Below are positions 1-11,905 of a stretch of DNA of 32,000 bases, in pieces. Made by a program: the position numbers and the translations under genes. Each line of letters begins with the position of its first letter. Position 1 is the stretch's first letter. The notes below the pieces were generated by a model, which was not told the origin of the DNA, searched no databases, and saw nothing but the letters and a program-made list of their open reading frames with translations. The DNA is from Rhodobacter capsulatus SB 1003 (GTDB lineage: Bacteria; Pseudomonadota; Alphaproteobacteria; Rhodobacterales; Rhodobacteraceae). The stretch spans positions 3,540,001-3,572,000 of the forward strand of contig NC_014034.1 of NCBI RefSeq assembly GCF_000021865.1, written 5' to 3'.

Positions 1-227
1 CCGATGCCCACCCCGACGGCGCCCGACCGTTCCGGCGCGAGAATTACGTGCGCAAGTTCCTGACCCTGTCCGACGGCATCCTGAGCGGCGCGGAACAGAC
101 CCGCTTTCTGGATGCGGCGGAAAACCTGGCCGATCTGCCCGCCGACGGGCTCGGTCTTCTGAATTTCACCGTGGCGGCCGATGCCCTGGGCGCGCCGCGT
201 CCGCGCGGCATCTTCGATTGGGAATGA
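1..227 (+). CDS. prpD: 3' end of an MmgE/PrpD-family protein (probable 2-methylcitrate dehydratase), cut by the window edge
   Basis: The frame starting at nt 3 is open to TGA 225-227. The tail [46 protein letters not shown]... resembles PrpD C-termini. It lies directly upstream of prpC-prpB. Confidence 0.5.
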   Translation, partial: DAHPDGARPFRRENYVRKFLTLSDGILSGAEQTRFLDAAENLADLPADGLGLLNFTVAADALGAPRPRGIFDWE

Positions 228-237
228 GGGGGAAATC

Positions 238-1413
238 ATGTCCGGTTCGATCGTGAAACCGAAGAAATCCGTGGCCCTGTCCGGGGTGGTGGCGGGCAAT
301 ACTGCGCTGTGCAGCGTCGGCCAGACCGGCAACGACCTGCATTACCGTGGTTTTGACATTCTTGAAATTGCCGAATCTTGCGAATTCGAGGAAGTGGCAC
401 ATCTGCTGATCCATGGCACCCTGCCGACGCTGGCGGAGCTGGCCAGCTATCGCACCAAGCTGCGGGCGCTGCGCGGGCTGCCCTTGGCCGTGCGCCAGAC
501 GCTCGAGGCGATCCCGGCCGCCGCGCATCCGATGGATGTGCTGCGCTCGGGCGTCTCGGCCTTGGGCTGCGTGCTGCCCGAGGCCGCCGATCACAACACG
601 CCCGGCGCGCGCGACATTGCCGACCGGCTGATCGCGGTGCAGGGCTCGATGCTGCTTTACTGGTATCACTTCGCGCAGAACGGCCGCCGCATCGAGGTCG
701 AAACCGAAGACGACAGCATCGCCGGGCATTTCCTGCATCTGCTGCATGGCCGCCCCGCGGGCGAGGAAGCCGTGCGGGCGCTGCACACCACGCTCAACCT
801 TTATGCCGAACACGAGTTCAACGCCTCGACCTTCACCGCGCGCACCATCGCGGGGACCGGATCGGATCTTTATTCCTGCGTCGCGGGCGCCATCGGCGCG
901 TTGCGCGGGCCGAAACACGGCGGCGCGAATGAACAGGCCTTCGAAATCCAGAAGCGCTACGCCACCCCCGACGCGGCCGAGGCCGATATCCGCGCCCGGG
1001 TGGCCGCGAAAGAGGTGATCATCGGCTTTGGTCATCCCGTCTACACGATCGCCGATCCGCGCAATGTGGTGATCAAGCAGGTGGCGCGGCGGCTGGCGCT
1101 GCATCACGGCGCGCTGCGGATGTTCGACATCGCCGAGCGGATCGAACAGGTGATGGCCGAGACGAAGGCGATGTTTCCGAACCTCGACTGGTATTCGGCG
1201 GTCTCCTATCATCAGCTGGGCGTGCCGACGATGCTGTTCACGCCGATCTTCGTCATCGCCCGCAGCGCGGGCTGGGGGGCGCATGTGATCGAGCAACGGC
1301 TGGACGGCAAGATCATCCGCCCTTCGGCGAATTACACCGGCCCCGAAACCCGGGCCTTCCTGCCCCTTGAAGCCCGCGGCGGCCTTTTGACCGCGCCCAA
1401 CCGGACGGAGTGA
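238..1413 (+). CDS. prpC: 2-methylcitrate synthase (citrate synthase family)
   Basis: Citrate-synthase-family sequence ([33 protein letters not shown]). I chose ATG 238, preceded by GAGGGGG, over the ORF-track start at 181. Neighbours are prpD and prpB. Confidence 0.85.
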   Translation: MSGSIVKPKKSVALSGVVAGNTALCSVGQTGNDLHYRGFDILEIAESCEFEEVAHLLIHGTLPTLAELASYRTKLRALRGLPLAVRQTLEAIPAAAHPMDVLRSGVSALGCVLPEAADHNTPGARDIADRLIAVQGSMLLYWYHFAQNGRRIEVETEDDSIAGHFLHLLHGRPAGEEAVRALHTTLNLYAEHEFNASTFTARTIAGTGSDLYSCVAGAIGALRGPKHGGANEQAFEIQKRYATPDAAEADIRARVAAKEVIIGFGHPVYTIADPRNVVIKQVARRLALHHGALRMFDIAERIEQVMAETKAMFPNLDWYSAVSYHQLGVPTMLFTPIFVIARSAGWGAHVIEQRLDGKIIRPSANYTGPETRAFLPLEARGGLLTAPNRTE

Positions 1414-1416
1414 GAC

Positions 1417-2328
1417 ATGCCCTATCTGATCGGTTCCGATCATCCCGAGGCCCCGGCGGGGGCGCGGTTTCGCGCCGCCCTGGCCCGGCCCGGCATCCTG
1501 CGCCTGCCGGGCGCGCATAACGGCATGGCCGCGCTGCAGGCGAAAGCCGCGGGGTTTCAGGCGCTTTATCTGTCGGGCGCGGCGATGTCGGCCTCGATGG
1601 GCCTGCCGGACCTCGGCATCCTGACGGTGGACGAGGTCGCCTTTTTCATCCGCCAGATCACGCGGGCCTCGGGGCTGCCGCTTCTGGTCGATGGTGACAC
1701 CGGCTATGGCGAGGCGCTGAACGTCATGCACATGGTCCGGGTGTTCGAAGAGGCCGGGGCGGCGGCGGTGCATCTGGAAGACCAGCTTCTGCCGAAGAAA
1801 TGCGGCCATCTGAACGACAAGAAACTAGCAAGCCCGGCCGAGATGGCGGCCAAGGTCGCGGCGGCGGTGCGGGCACGGCGGCATCTGGTGGTGATCGCGC
1901 GGACCGATGCGGCGGCCGCCGAGGGGATCGAGGGGGCGGTGGCGCGGGCGCAGCTTTATGTCGAGGCGGGCGCCGATGCGATCTTCCCCGAGGCGCTGAC
2001 TTCGGTCGAGATGTTCCGCGCCTTCCGCGCCCGGCTGCCCGGGGTCAAGCTTCTGGCGAACATGACCGAATTCGGCCGCACCCCGGCCCTGACCGCGGCC
2101 GAGTTCGAGGAGCTGGGCTATCAGATGGTGATCTGGCCGGTGTCCTCCCTGCGGGTGGCGAACCGCGCGCAGGAACGGCTTTACGCCGCGCTTGCCCGCG
2201 ACGGCGCCACCACCGCGCTTCTGCCCGAGATGCAGACCCGGGCAGAGCTTTACGCGACGCTGGGCCTTGCGGCTTTCGAGGCGCTCGATGCCTCGATCGC
2301 GCAAAGCGTGCTGCCCACGACGGGTTGA
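1417..2328 (+). CDS. prpB: methylisocitrate lyase
   Basis: Isocitrate lyase/PEP mutase family motifs (LLVDGDTGYG, EDQLLPKKCGHL). A GGAG RBS precedes it, 3 nt after the prpC stop. Confidence 0.85.
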   Translation: MPYLIGSDHPEAPAGARFRAALARPGILRLPGAHNGMAALQAKAAGFQALYLSGAAMSASMGLPDLGILTVDEVAFFIRQITRASGLPLLVDGDTGYGEALNVMHMVRVFEEAGAAAVHLEDQLLPKKCGHLNDKKLASPAEMAAKVAAAVRARRHLVVIARTDAAAAEGIEGAVARAQLYVEAGADAIFPEALTSVEMFRAFRARLPGVKLLANMTEFGRTPALTAAEFEELGYQMVIWPVSSLRVANRAQERLYAALARDGATTALLPEMQTRAELYATLGLAAFEALDASIAQSVLPTTG

Positions 2329-2338
2329 AGGGGGGCGG

Positions 2339-3388
2339 TCAGATCTCGACCGCCACCTTGCCCGAAGGCCGCGAGCAGCAGGCGAGGATATAGCCCGCGG
2401 CGATATCGTCCTCGGAAATCCCGCCATTGTGCAGCATCTGCACCTCGCCCGCGGTTTTCTTCACCTTGCAGGTGCCGCAAAGGCCGAAGTTGCAGCCCGA
2501 GGGGATGTTCAGCCCCGCCCGTTTCGCCGCCGCCAGAACGGTTTCGCCCGGCGCGCAGGCGGTGCTGACCCCCGAGGCGGTGAAACGGATCTCGGCGGCC
2601 TCCGATGCCTCGGGCAGCGCTTCGGGCGCGGTCTCGGGCGGGCCGAAGCTTTCCTGATGATAGCGATTCATGTCGAAGCCCAGCGCCGCAAGGCTGTCCT
2701 TGACCCCGCGCATGAAGGGCTCGGGACCGCAGCAGAACACCTCGCGCTCCAGATAATCGGGCGCCATCAGCCCCAGCATGATCTGGTTCAGACGGCCGCG
2801 AAAGCCGTGCCAGACGCTGAAGGGCTCGACCTCCTCGACCGTGAAGCGCAGCTGCAAGCCGGGCACCCGCGCCGCGAATTGCTCGAGCCGCGGCCGGAAG
2901 ATGATGTCCGAGGGCCGCCGCGCCGCATGGACAAAGACGATATCGGGCATCTCGCCGCTGTCCCAGGCCCAGGTCGTCATCGACATCATCGGCGTGATCC
3001 CCGAGCCCGCCGAGATCAACAGATATTTCCGCGCCGGATGGCGGCGCAGGCTGAACTCGCCCGCGGGGCCGTGTGCCCGCAGCCGCATCCCCGGTTTCAG
3101 CTGCTCGATCAGCCAGCGCGAGCCCACCGACCCGGGCTGCGCCTTCACCGTCACCGAGAGCGACAAGGGCCGCGAGGGCGAGGAGGAGATCGTATAGGTC
3201 CGGCTGACCGGCTGACCCGGCACCGGCAGATCCAGCGTCAGGAACTGCCCGGGCAGGTAGTCGAACCACGCGCCCGAAGGCGCGCGGAAGGTGATCGTGG
3301 CGGTATCGGCGGTTTCGGGCACCACCATCGCGCATTCCAGCGGCTCGGCATCGCTCCATGGCGCGCTGGCCCAGTTGATCCGGTCCAT
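2339..3388 (-). CDS. FNR-type flavin/NAD(P)H reductase with C-terminal plant-type 2Fe-2S ferredoxin domain (GbcB-like oxygenase reductase)
   Basis: RTYTISSSP flavin motif, LLISAGSGITPMMSM nucleotide-binding motif, and a C-terminal CNFGLCGTC...C cluster motif. It starts 3 nt after the Rieske gene stop, with a GGAG RBS. Confidence 0.8.
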   Translation of the reverse strand: MDRINWASAPWSDAEPLECAMVVPETADTATITFRAPSGAWFDYLPGQFLTLDLPVPGQPVSRTYTISSSPSRPLSLSVTVKAQPGSVGSRWLIEQLKPGMRLRAHGPAGEFSLRRHPARKYLLISAGSGITPMMSMTTWAWDSGEMPDIVFVHAARRPSDIIFRPRLEQFAARVPGLQLRFTVEEVEPFSVWHGFRGRLNQIMLGLMAPDYLEREVFCCGPEPFMRGVKDSLAALGFDMNRYHQESFGPPETAPEALPEASEAAEIRFTASGVSTACAPGETVLAAAKRAGLNIPSGCNFGLCGTCKVKKTAGEVQMLHNGGISEDDIAAGYILACCSRPSGKVAVEI

Positions 3389-3391
3389 CGC

Positions 3392-4627
3392 TCACTCCGC
3401 CGCCAGCGGCGGGGCCAGCCGCGCATCCAATGTGCCGCAATACCAGTCGACGAACTGGATCACGCCCTCTTCCTGCAGCGTCGAATAGGGGCCGGGCTCA
3501 TAGGCGGGGGACAGAATCCCGGCCTGATTTTCCTCGACCACCTGCCGGTCCTCGTCATTCGTCGCCATCCAGACCTCGGTCAACTCGGTCAGGTCGTAAT
3601 CCACCCCCTCGACCGCATCGCCGGGGACAAGCCAGGTCGTCGTCACCTCGGTCTCGGTGGCCGAGATCGGCAGCACCCGGAAGACGATCGCATGATCGGC
3701 CAGGAAATGGTTCCAGGTGTTCGGATAATGGAAGAAAAGCAGGCTTCCGGCATCGTTGAAGGGCATCTCGCCCAGCCGTTTGCCCCGCACCGCGGCCTTG
3801 GTGCTCATGGTGTAGCTTTCAGCGCCGTTCAGCAGCGGAATGCGGGCCAGCCGCCATTGCATCTGCGGATGATGCACGAAGCGCGAGGGCAGACCCGCCG
3901 CCTCGCAGCGCGTCCAATGCGCCAGAATATCGGGGCTCGCCGCCTCGGGGCCCTCCATCGCGGTCATGCGCGGATTGTCGGAATAGGTCCGGCAGAGCGA
4001 GGGATGCGAGCCGCCGCAGTGATAGCATTCGCGGTTGTTCTCGATCACCAGCTTCCAGTTGCCCTTCTCGACGATGGTCGAGACATGGGCAACGCGCGCC
4101 TGTTTCAGCCCGGCAGGCGCCAGATAGCGGCCCAGCGTGCCCGCCAGATCGGCGATCGCGGGCGGCACCTCGGCCAGACAGATGAAGACCATGCCGCCGA
4201 TATCGACGCAATGGACCTTTTTCAGCCCATGCGCGGCGGGGTTGAAATCTTCCTGCATGTCCTTGGCCCAGAGCAGTTTTCCGTCCAGGTCATAGGTCCA
4301 TTGGTGATAGGGGCAGACAAGCTTCGGGCTGTTGCCCGTGGTCTTGGCGCAAAGCCGCTGGCCGCGATGGCGGCAGACGTTGTGAAAGGCGCGGATCATC
4401 CCGTCGGCGCCGCGCACCAGGATCACCGGATAGGCGCCCACCTGCAACGTCGCGTAATCGCCGGGCTTGACGAGCTGGCAGGCGGGAATGGCAAACAGCC
4501 ATTCGCGGTAAAAGACCTGCGTCAGATCGGTCTGAAAGATCCCCGGATCGCAATAAAAGGGTTGCGGCAGGGAATGGTCATTGCGCCGTGCGGCAAGCTG
4601 CGCACGGATGTCGGATGCGTCTGGCAT
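3392..4627 (-). CDS. Rieske 2Fe-2S non-heme-iron oxygenase alpha subunit (GbcA/Stc2-like N-demethylase class); substrate unknown
   Basis: Rieske motif CRHRG...CPYHQW and mononuclear-iron region ENNRECYHCGGSHP. I prefer ATG 4627 (GAGG 5 nt upstream). GTG 4633 is the alternative given in the ORF track. Confidence 0.8.
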   Translation of the reverse strand: MPDASDIRAQLAARRNDHSLPQPFYCDPGIFQTDLTQVFYREWLFAIPACQLVKPGDYATLQVGAYPVILVRGADGMIRAFHNVCRHRGQRLCAKTTGNSPKLVCPYHQWTYDLDGKLLWAKDMQEDFNPAAHGLKKVHCVDIGGMVFICLAEVPPAIADLAGTLGRYLAPAGLKQARVAHVSTIVEKGNWKLVIENNRECYHCGGSHPSLCRTYSDNPRMTAMEGPEAASPDILAHWTRCEAAGLPSRFVHHPQMQWRLARIPLLNGAESYTMSTKAAVRGKRLGEMPFNDAGSLLFFHYPNTWNHFLADHAIVFRVLPISATETEVTTTWLVPGDAVEGVDYDLTELTEVWMATNDEDRQVVEENQAGILSPAYEPGPYSTLQEEGVIQFVDWYCGTLDARLAPPLAAE

Positions 4628-4689
4628 CGGCACCTCACTTGCCCCTGCCTCCCCGCAAGGGCTGGTTGGATGGATGGGCCCGGGGGCCC

Positions 4690-4865
4690 GGCGGTCACAG
4701 GGCTGGTTTCCGGGCTTGCAATGCGTGCTTTCGCACCCGGGCGCAGCGCCTTCCCGAACCCCGGGGTCCAGTGGCCTTGCCGTCCCTCATTGCTGACCGT
4801 TGCGGGGGCAGCGCCGGTCTTGCACCGGCTTCCCAATTCTCCCGGCCTTGCGGACGGGCACCCTG
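4690..4865 (-). promoter_or_regulatory. cobalamin (AdoCbl-type) riboswitch upstream of the Rieske oxygenase operon
   Basis: Minus strand reads GGGAAGCCGGTGCAAGACCGGCGCTGCCCCCGCAACGGTCAGCA...GGCCACTGGACCCCGGGGTTCGGGAAGGCG...GCAAGCCCGGAAACCAGCC. The core, the GCCACTG element and a slightly variant B12 box are all present. The expression platform runs to the RBS at about 4634. Confidence 0.85.
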
Positions 4866-4888
4866 AGGCCTTCAGACTGACAGATTGT

Positions 4889-4926
4889 CGCAGAGGGCGC
4901 GTGCCAAAAACGACGCGCCGTCTGCG
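4889..4926 (-). terminator. GC-rich hairpin just after the metH stop (possible terminator)
   Basis: Stems 4889-4894/4921-4926 and 4896-4902/4913-4919 with a 10-nt loop. No U-tract follows, so it is not a canonical intrinsic terminator. Confidence 0.35.
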
Positions 4927-4939
4927 CTTTCAGACAGGA

Positions 4940-7662
<2,723 letters not shown>

Positions 7663-7666
<4 letters not shown>

Positions 7667-8700
7667 GGCAGGGCCCTCGGCGGGAAAGGTTTCACGGCTT
7701 CCGCGATGGCGCGGATGTGATCGGGGGTGGTGCCGCAGCAACCGCCCACGACATTGACCAGCCCTTCGCGGGCAAATTCGGCCACCTGCGCGGCGGTCCG
7801 GTCGGGGGTTTCGTCATATTGGCCAAAGGCATTGGGCAGCCCGGCATTGGGATAGGCGCAGATCGCGCAGGGGGCGACGCCCGCCAGTTCCGCCAGATGC
7901 GGACGCATCGCACTGGCGCCCAGCGCGCAGTTCAGCCCCACGGTAAAGGGCCGGGCATGAGCCACCGAATGCCAGAACGCGGTCGGCGTCTGCCCCGACA
8001 ATGTGCGCCCCGAGGCATCGGTGATCGTGCCGGAAATCATCACCGGCAGCCGCTCGCCCCGTTCGGCAAAGGCTTCGAAACAGGCGAAAATCGCCGCCTT
8101 GGCGTTCAGCGTGTCAAAGATCGTCTCGATCAGCAGGATATCGGCGCCCCCCGCGATCAGACCGCGCACCTGCTGGCCATAGGCCGTGCGCAGATCGTCG
8201 AAGGTGACGGCGCGAAAGCCCGGGTCGTTCACATCGGGCGAGAGCGAGGCGGTGCGGTTCGTCGGCCCCACCGCCCCCGCAACGAAGCGGCGCCGTCCGT
8301 CGGTGGCCTCGGCGCGGTCCATCGCCGCCCGCGCCACCCGCGCCCCCGCGGCGTTCAGGTCGAACACCGCGCTTTCCAGCCCGTAATCGGCCTGCGCGAT
8401 GGTGGTGGCCGAAAAGGTGTTCGTCTCGACGATATCCGCCCCCGCCATCGCATAGCGGAAATGGATCTCCTCGATCGCTTGCGGCTGGGTCAGCACCAGC
8501 AGGTCGTTGTTGCCCTTTTGCGGATGATCGGTGGCATGGCGGCAGGCGCAGCCCGAGCCGTGGCCCAGAAAATCGTCCTCGCTCAGGCCAAGCTGCTGGA
8601 TCTGCGTGCCCATCGCCCCGTCAAGGATCAAGATCCGCTGGCGCGAAAGCGCCTCAATTGCGGCAAAGGCCGCAGATCGGGGCAGGGTCTGGGTCAGCAT
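7663..8700 (-). CDS. metH: methionine synthase, homocysteine-binding (S-methyltransferase) domain as a separate ORF
   Basis: [13 protein letters not shown] and [11 protein letters not shown] (Zn/Hcy domain). ATG 8700 is preceded by GAGGGAG. The ORF ends in the linker that is continuous in fused MetH proteins. Confidence 0.85.
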
Positions 8701-8754
8701 GGCAATCTCCCTCGGGTGGAAGGCAGATAGGCCACAAGTCACCTTTCAGCAAAT

Positions 8755-8778
8755 TCATAATCATCAGGATAATTATGA
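8755..8778. promoter_or_regulatory. 24-bp near-perfect palindrome, candidate operator in the metH promoter region
   Basis: TCATAATCATC-AG-GATAATTATGA, with 10 of 11 arm positions complementary. It sits in the only AT-rich patch here, 55-78 nt upstream of the metH ATG. Confidence 0.5.
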
Positions 8779-8809
8779 GTTCGCTCATGTCCCCATCGGA
8801 CTGCGGCCG

Positions 8810-10264
8810 CTACCGCGCCAGATCCAGAAGCGCATCAAGGTCCAGATCGGCTTCGATTTCCGCAGCAAAAGCATCAAGGGCGGCCCCGATCCGGGCATCA
8901 TGGTCCTGCACGGCGGCGGTGACGCCCAGCTGCGCCAGCCAATGGCCGCGAAAGCCCGCGGCGCCGAAAATCCCGTGCAGATAGCTGCCCATCACCTTGC
9001 CATCGGCAGAGATCGCCCCCTCGGGCCGCCCGTCAAGGGTCAGCCACGGCCGCGCCAGATCGGGGCCGAAGCTCTCGCCCATATGCATCTCGTAGCCCTG
9101 CACGCGGGCACCGCTGAGGCTGTCCCGCGCGTCGATCCTGGCCAGCCGTTTCCTTGGCCCGATCATCGTTTCCAGATCGAGAAGCCCCAGCCCCGGGGTT
9201 TCGCCGGGCGGGCCCTCGATCCCCTCCGGGTCGCGCACGACGCGGCCAAGCATCTGAAACCCCGCGCAAATACCCACGACGCGCCCGCCCCGGCGCAGAT
9301 GCGCGCGGATATCGATGTCCCAGCCCTCGGCGCGCAGCGCGATGAGCGCGGCCCGGGTGGCCTTGGAGCCGGGCAGGATCACCACCGCCGCCTCGGCCGG
9401 GATCGGCTGACCGGGGCGGACCCAGCGCAGATCGACGCCCGGCTCGGCCGCCAGCGGGTCGAGATCGTCGAAATTCGCCACCCGCGGCAGGTCGGGCACC
9501 GCCACGACAAGCGCCCCCGCCGTGCCGCGCTTGCGCGCGACCCCGAGCGAGTCTTCCTCGGGCAGGCGCCTTGCCGCCTCGGACCAGCGCATCAGCCCCA
9601 GCACCGGCCAGCCGGTCTCGGCGCGGATATCGGCGGCGGCGGGGGCAAAGATCGCCGGATCGCCGCGGAATTTCGTCACGATCACGCCGCCCACCCGGGC
9701 GCGTTCGGAAGCGGTCCAAAGGTGATGATGCCCGATCACCGCCGCCGTCACCCCGCCGCGCGATTCGTCGCCCAGAAGCAGCACCGGCAGATCCGCGGCC
9801 TCGGCCAGACCCATGTTCGAAATGTCCTGCGGGCGCAGGTAGCGTTCGGCGCCGCTGCCCGCCCCCTCGATCAGCACCAGATCATGGCTGGCCGAGAGGT
9901 GATCCAGGCTCTCGATCACCTGCCCCCGCAGGCCGGGTTTCAGCGCCTGATAGTCGGCGGCGGAAAAGCGGCCCAAAACCTGCCCCTGCACCACCACCTG
10001 CGCATCGACATCGCTGTCGGGCTTGAGCAGAACCGGGTTCATGTGGACGGACAGGGGAACCCCCGCCGCCCGCGCCTGCAACGCCTGCGCCCGGCCGATC
10101 TCGCCGCCATCCGCCGTCACCGCCGCGTTGTTCGACATGTTCTGCGCCTTGAAGGGCGCCACCTTCAGGCCGCGCCGGGTGAAGGCCCGCGCCAGCCCCG
10201 CGACGAACAGGCTTTTCCCCACATCCGAGCCGGTGCCCAGCACCATCAGCCGCCGCGCCGTCAT
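8810..10264 (-). CDS. cobQ: cobyric acid synthase (copy 1, canonical N-terminus)
   Basis: MTARRLMVLGTGSDVGKS N-terminal ATPase domain. C-terminal GATase1 domain with GICAGFQMLG and YLHGIFG. The start overlaps the upstream paralog's stop as ATGA. Confidence 0.9.
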   Translation of the reverse strand: MTARRLMVLGTGSDVGKSLFVAGLARAFTRRGLKVAPFKAQNMSNNAAVTADGGEIGRAQALQARAAGVPLSVHMNPVLLKPDSDVDAQVVVQGQVLGRFSAADYQALKPGLRGQVIESLDHLSASHDLVLIEGAGSGAERYLRPQDISNMGLAEAADLPVLLLGDESRGGVTAAVIGHHHLWTASERARVGGVIVTKFRGDPAIFAPAAADIRAETGWPVLGLMRWSEAARRLPEEDSLGVARKRGTAGALVVAVPDLPRVANFDDLDPLAAEPGVDLRWVRPGQPIPAEAAVVILPGSKATRAALIALRAEGWDIDIRAHLRRGGRVVGICAGFQMLGRVVRDPEGIEGPPGETPGLGLLDLETMIGPRKRLARIDARDSLSGARVQGYEMHMGESFGPDLARPWLTLDGRPEGAISADGKVMGSYLHGIFGAAGFRGHWLAQLGVTAAVQDHDARIGAALDAFAAEIEADLDLDALLDLAR

Positions 10265-11835
10265 TTCGCCAGCGCCAGCAGCGCGTCCAGATCGAGGTCC
10301 TGCTCCAGCTGATCGGCCAGAGCGTCAAGCGTCGTCTCGATCTGCGCGGCGTGATCGAGGCCCGAGGCCCGCCCGCCCATCGCGGTGATCCAATGGCCGC
10401 GAAAGCCGTCGGCGCCAAAAAGCCCGTGCAGATAGGTCCCCATCACCCGGCCATCATGCGACACCGCCCCCTCGGGGCGGCCGTCAAGCCGGAACCACGG
10501 CTGCGCAAGCCCCGGCCCGGTGGTGCGGCCCATATGCATCTCGTAGCCCGTCAGACCGTGACCGCTGACCGCATCGGTCGCCTGCACCTCGGTCAGCATC
10601 TTGTCGCGCGTCATCACGGTTTCCAGATCGAGCAGCCCCAGCCCCTCGGTCTCGCCCGCCGGGCCCTCGATCCCTTCGGGATCGCGCACGACATGGCCAA
10701 GCATCTGAAACCCCGCGCAAATCCCGACAACGCGGCCGCCGCGGCGCAGATGCGCGCGGATGTCCACATCCCAGCCCTGCGCGCGCAGCGTGGCCAGCGC
10801 GGCGCGGGTGGTTTTTGATCCCGGCAACAGCACCACATCGGCCTCGGGCGGGATCGGCTGGCCATGGCGGACCCAGCGCAGATCGACGCCCGGCTCGGCG
10901 CCCAGGGGATCAAGGTCGTCGAAATTCGCCACGCCATCGAGATGCGGCACGGCGACGATCAGCCCCGCGCCGTTGCCCGTCGCGGGACGCTCCAGCGCCA
11001 GCGCATCCTCGGCCGGCAGCTGCCCCGCCGCCTCGAACCAGCGCGCGACGCCCAGGAAGGGCCAGCCGGTGATCTCGGTCATGGTCCGGCAGGCCGGTTC
11101 GTAAAGCGAGAAATAGCCGCGGAACTTGTTGACCAGAATACCTTTCACCCGCGCCCGCTCGGCGTCGTCATGCAGCATCCAGCTGCCGACGACAGCGGCC
11201 AGCGCCCCGCCGCGGTCGTTGTCGGTCAGCAGAACCACCGGCAGATCGGCCTCTTCGGCCAGACGCATGTTGGTGATGTCGCAATGCTTGATCCAGGTCT
11301 CGGTCGCCGCCCCCGCGCCTTCGACCAGCACCAGATCGGCCTCGGCGGCGACGCGGCGGTAGCTGTCCATCACCGCGGGCAGCAGGAAGGGTTTCAGATG
11401 GTGGTAATGCCGCGCGGGCCAGTTGCCCAGCGCCCGGCCGCGCAGCACCACCTGCGAGCCGACCAGCGCCTGCGGCTTGAGCAGAACCGGGTTCATGTGG
11501 ATCGAGGGCGCCACCCCGGCGGCGCGGGCCTGCAGCGCCTGTGCCCGGCCGATCTCGCCGCGCCGGGGCTGGCCGTCGGGGCCGGGGGGCAGGTCGCTGT
11601 CCACGGTGACGGCGGCATTGTTCGACATGTTCTGCGCCTTGAACGGCGCCACCTTCAGCCCGCGCCTTGCATAGGCGCGGGCCAGCCCGGCAACGAGCAG
11701 GCTTTTGCCGACATCGGAACTGGTGCCCTGGATCATCAGCGCCCGGCCGCGCCGCGGCGGCGGCGGGGTCAGCAACGGCAGGTCAAGATCGGGCAGCGGC
11801 GGCACCGGATCGTGGTCGGGAAGCGAGAGGGTCAT
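10261..11835 (-). CDS. cobQ: cobyric acid synthase paralog (copy 2) with Pro-rich N-terminal extension and an internal insertion
   Basis: MIQGTSSDVGKS, GICAGFQMLG and YLHGLFG are retained. Start ATG 11835 is tentative; TTG about 11775 or ATG 11736 are possible. The 622-aa track ORF start is rejected. Confidence 0.8.
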   Translation of the reverse strand: MTLSLPDHDPVPPLPDLDLPLLTPPPPRRGRALMIQGTSSDVGKSLLVAGLARAYARRGLKVAPFKAQNMSNNAAVTVDSDLPPGPDGQPRRGEIGRAQALQARAAGVAPSIHMNPVLLKPQALVGSQVVLRGRALGNWPARHYHHLKPFLLPAVMDSYRRVAAEADLVLVEGAGAATETWIKHCDITNMRLAEEADLPVVLLTDNDRGGALAAVVGSWMLHDDAERARVKGILVNKFRGYFSLYEPACRTMTEITGWPFLGVARWFEAAGQLPAEDALALERPATGNGAGLIVAVPHLDGVANFDDLDPLGAEPGVDLRWVRHGQPIPPEADVVLLPGSKTTRAALATLRAQGWDVDIRAHLRRGGRVVGICAGFQMLGHVVRDPEGIEGPAGETEGLGLLDLETVMTRDKMLTEVQATDAVSGHGLTGYEMHMGRTTGPGLAQPWFRLDGRPEGAVSHDGRVMGTYLHGLFGADGFRGHWITAMGGRASGLDHAAQIETTLDALADQLEQDLDLDALLALAK

Positions 11836-11905
11836 GGCAGCATCCGTTCGGTCGGCAGGCAAGGACGGCGCCGGGGCAGCCCCGGCACCGGAAGGTTCGG
11901 CGGGA

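Noticed and set aside
8701-8809. SAM-II, SAM-SAH or cobalamin riboswitch in the metH leader
   Set aside because: Read on the minus strand, I could not find the conserved pseudoknot or core elements. The dominant feature is a DNA palindrome, which fits a protein operator.
8810-11720. A direct repeat of about 1.45 kb that could suggest a mobile element or an assembly duplication
   Set aside because: The repeat units are two intact, diverged cobQ coding sequences. There are no terminal inverted repeats, no transposase and no target-site duplication.
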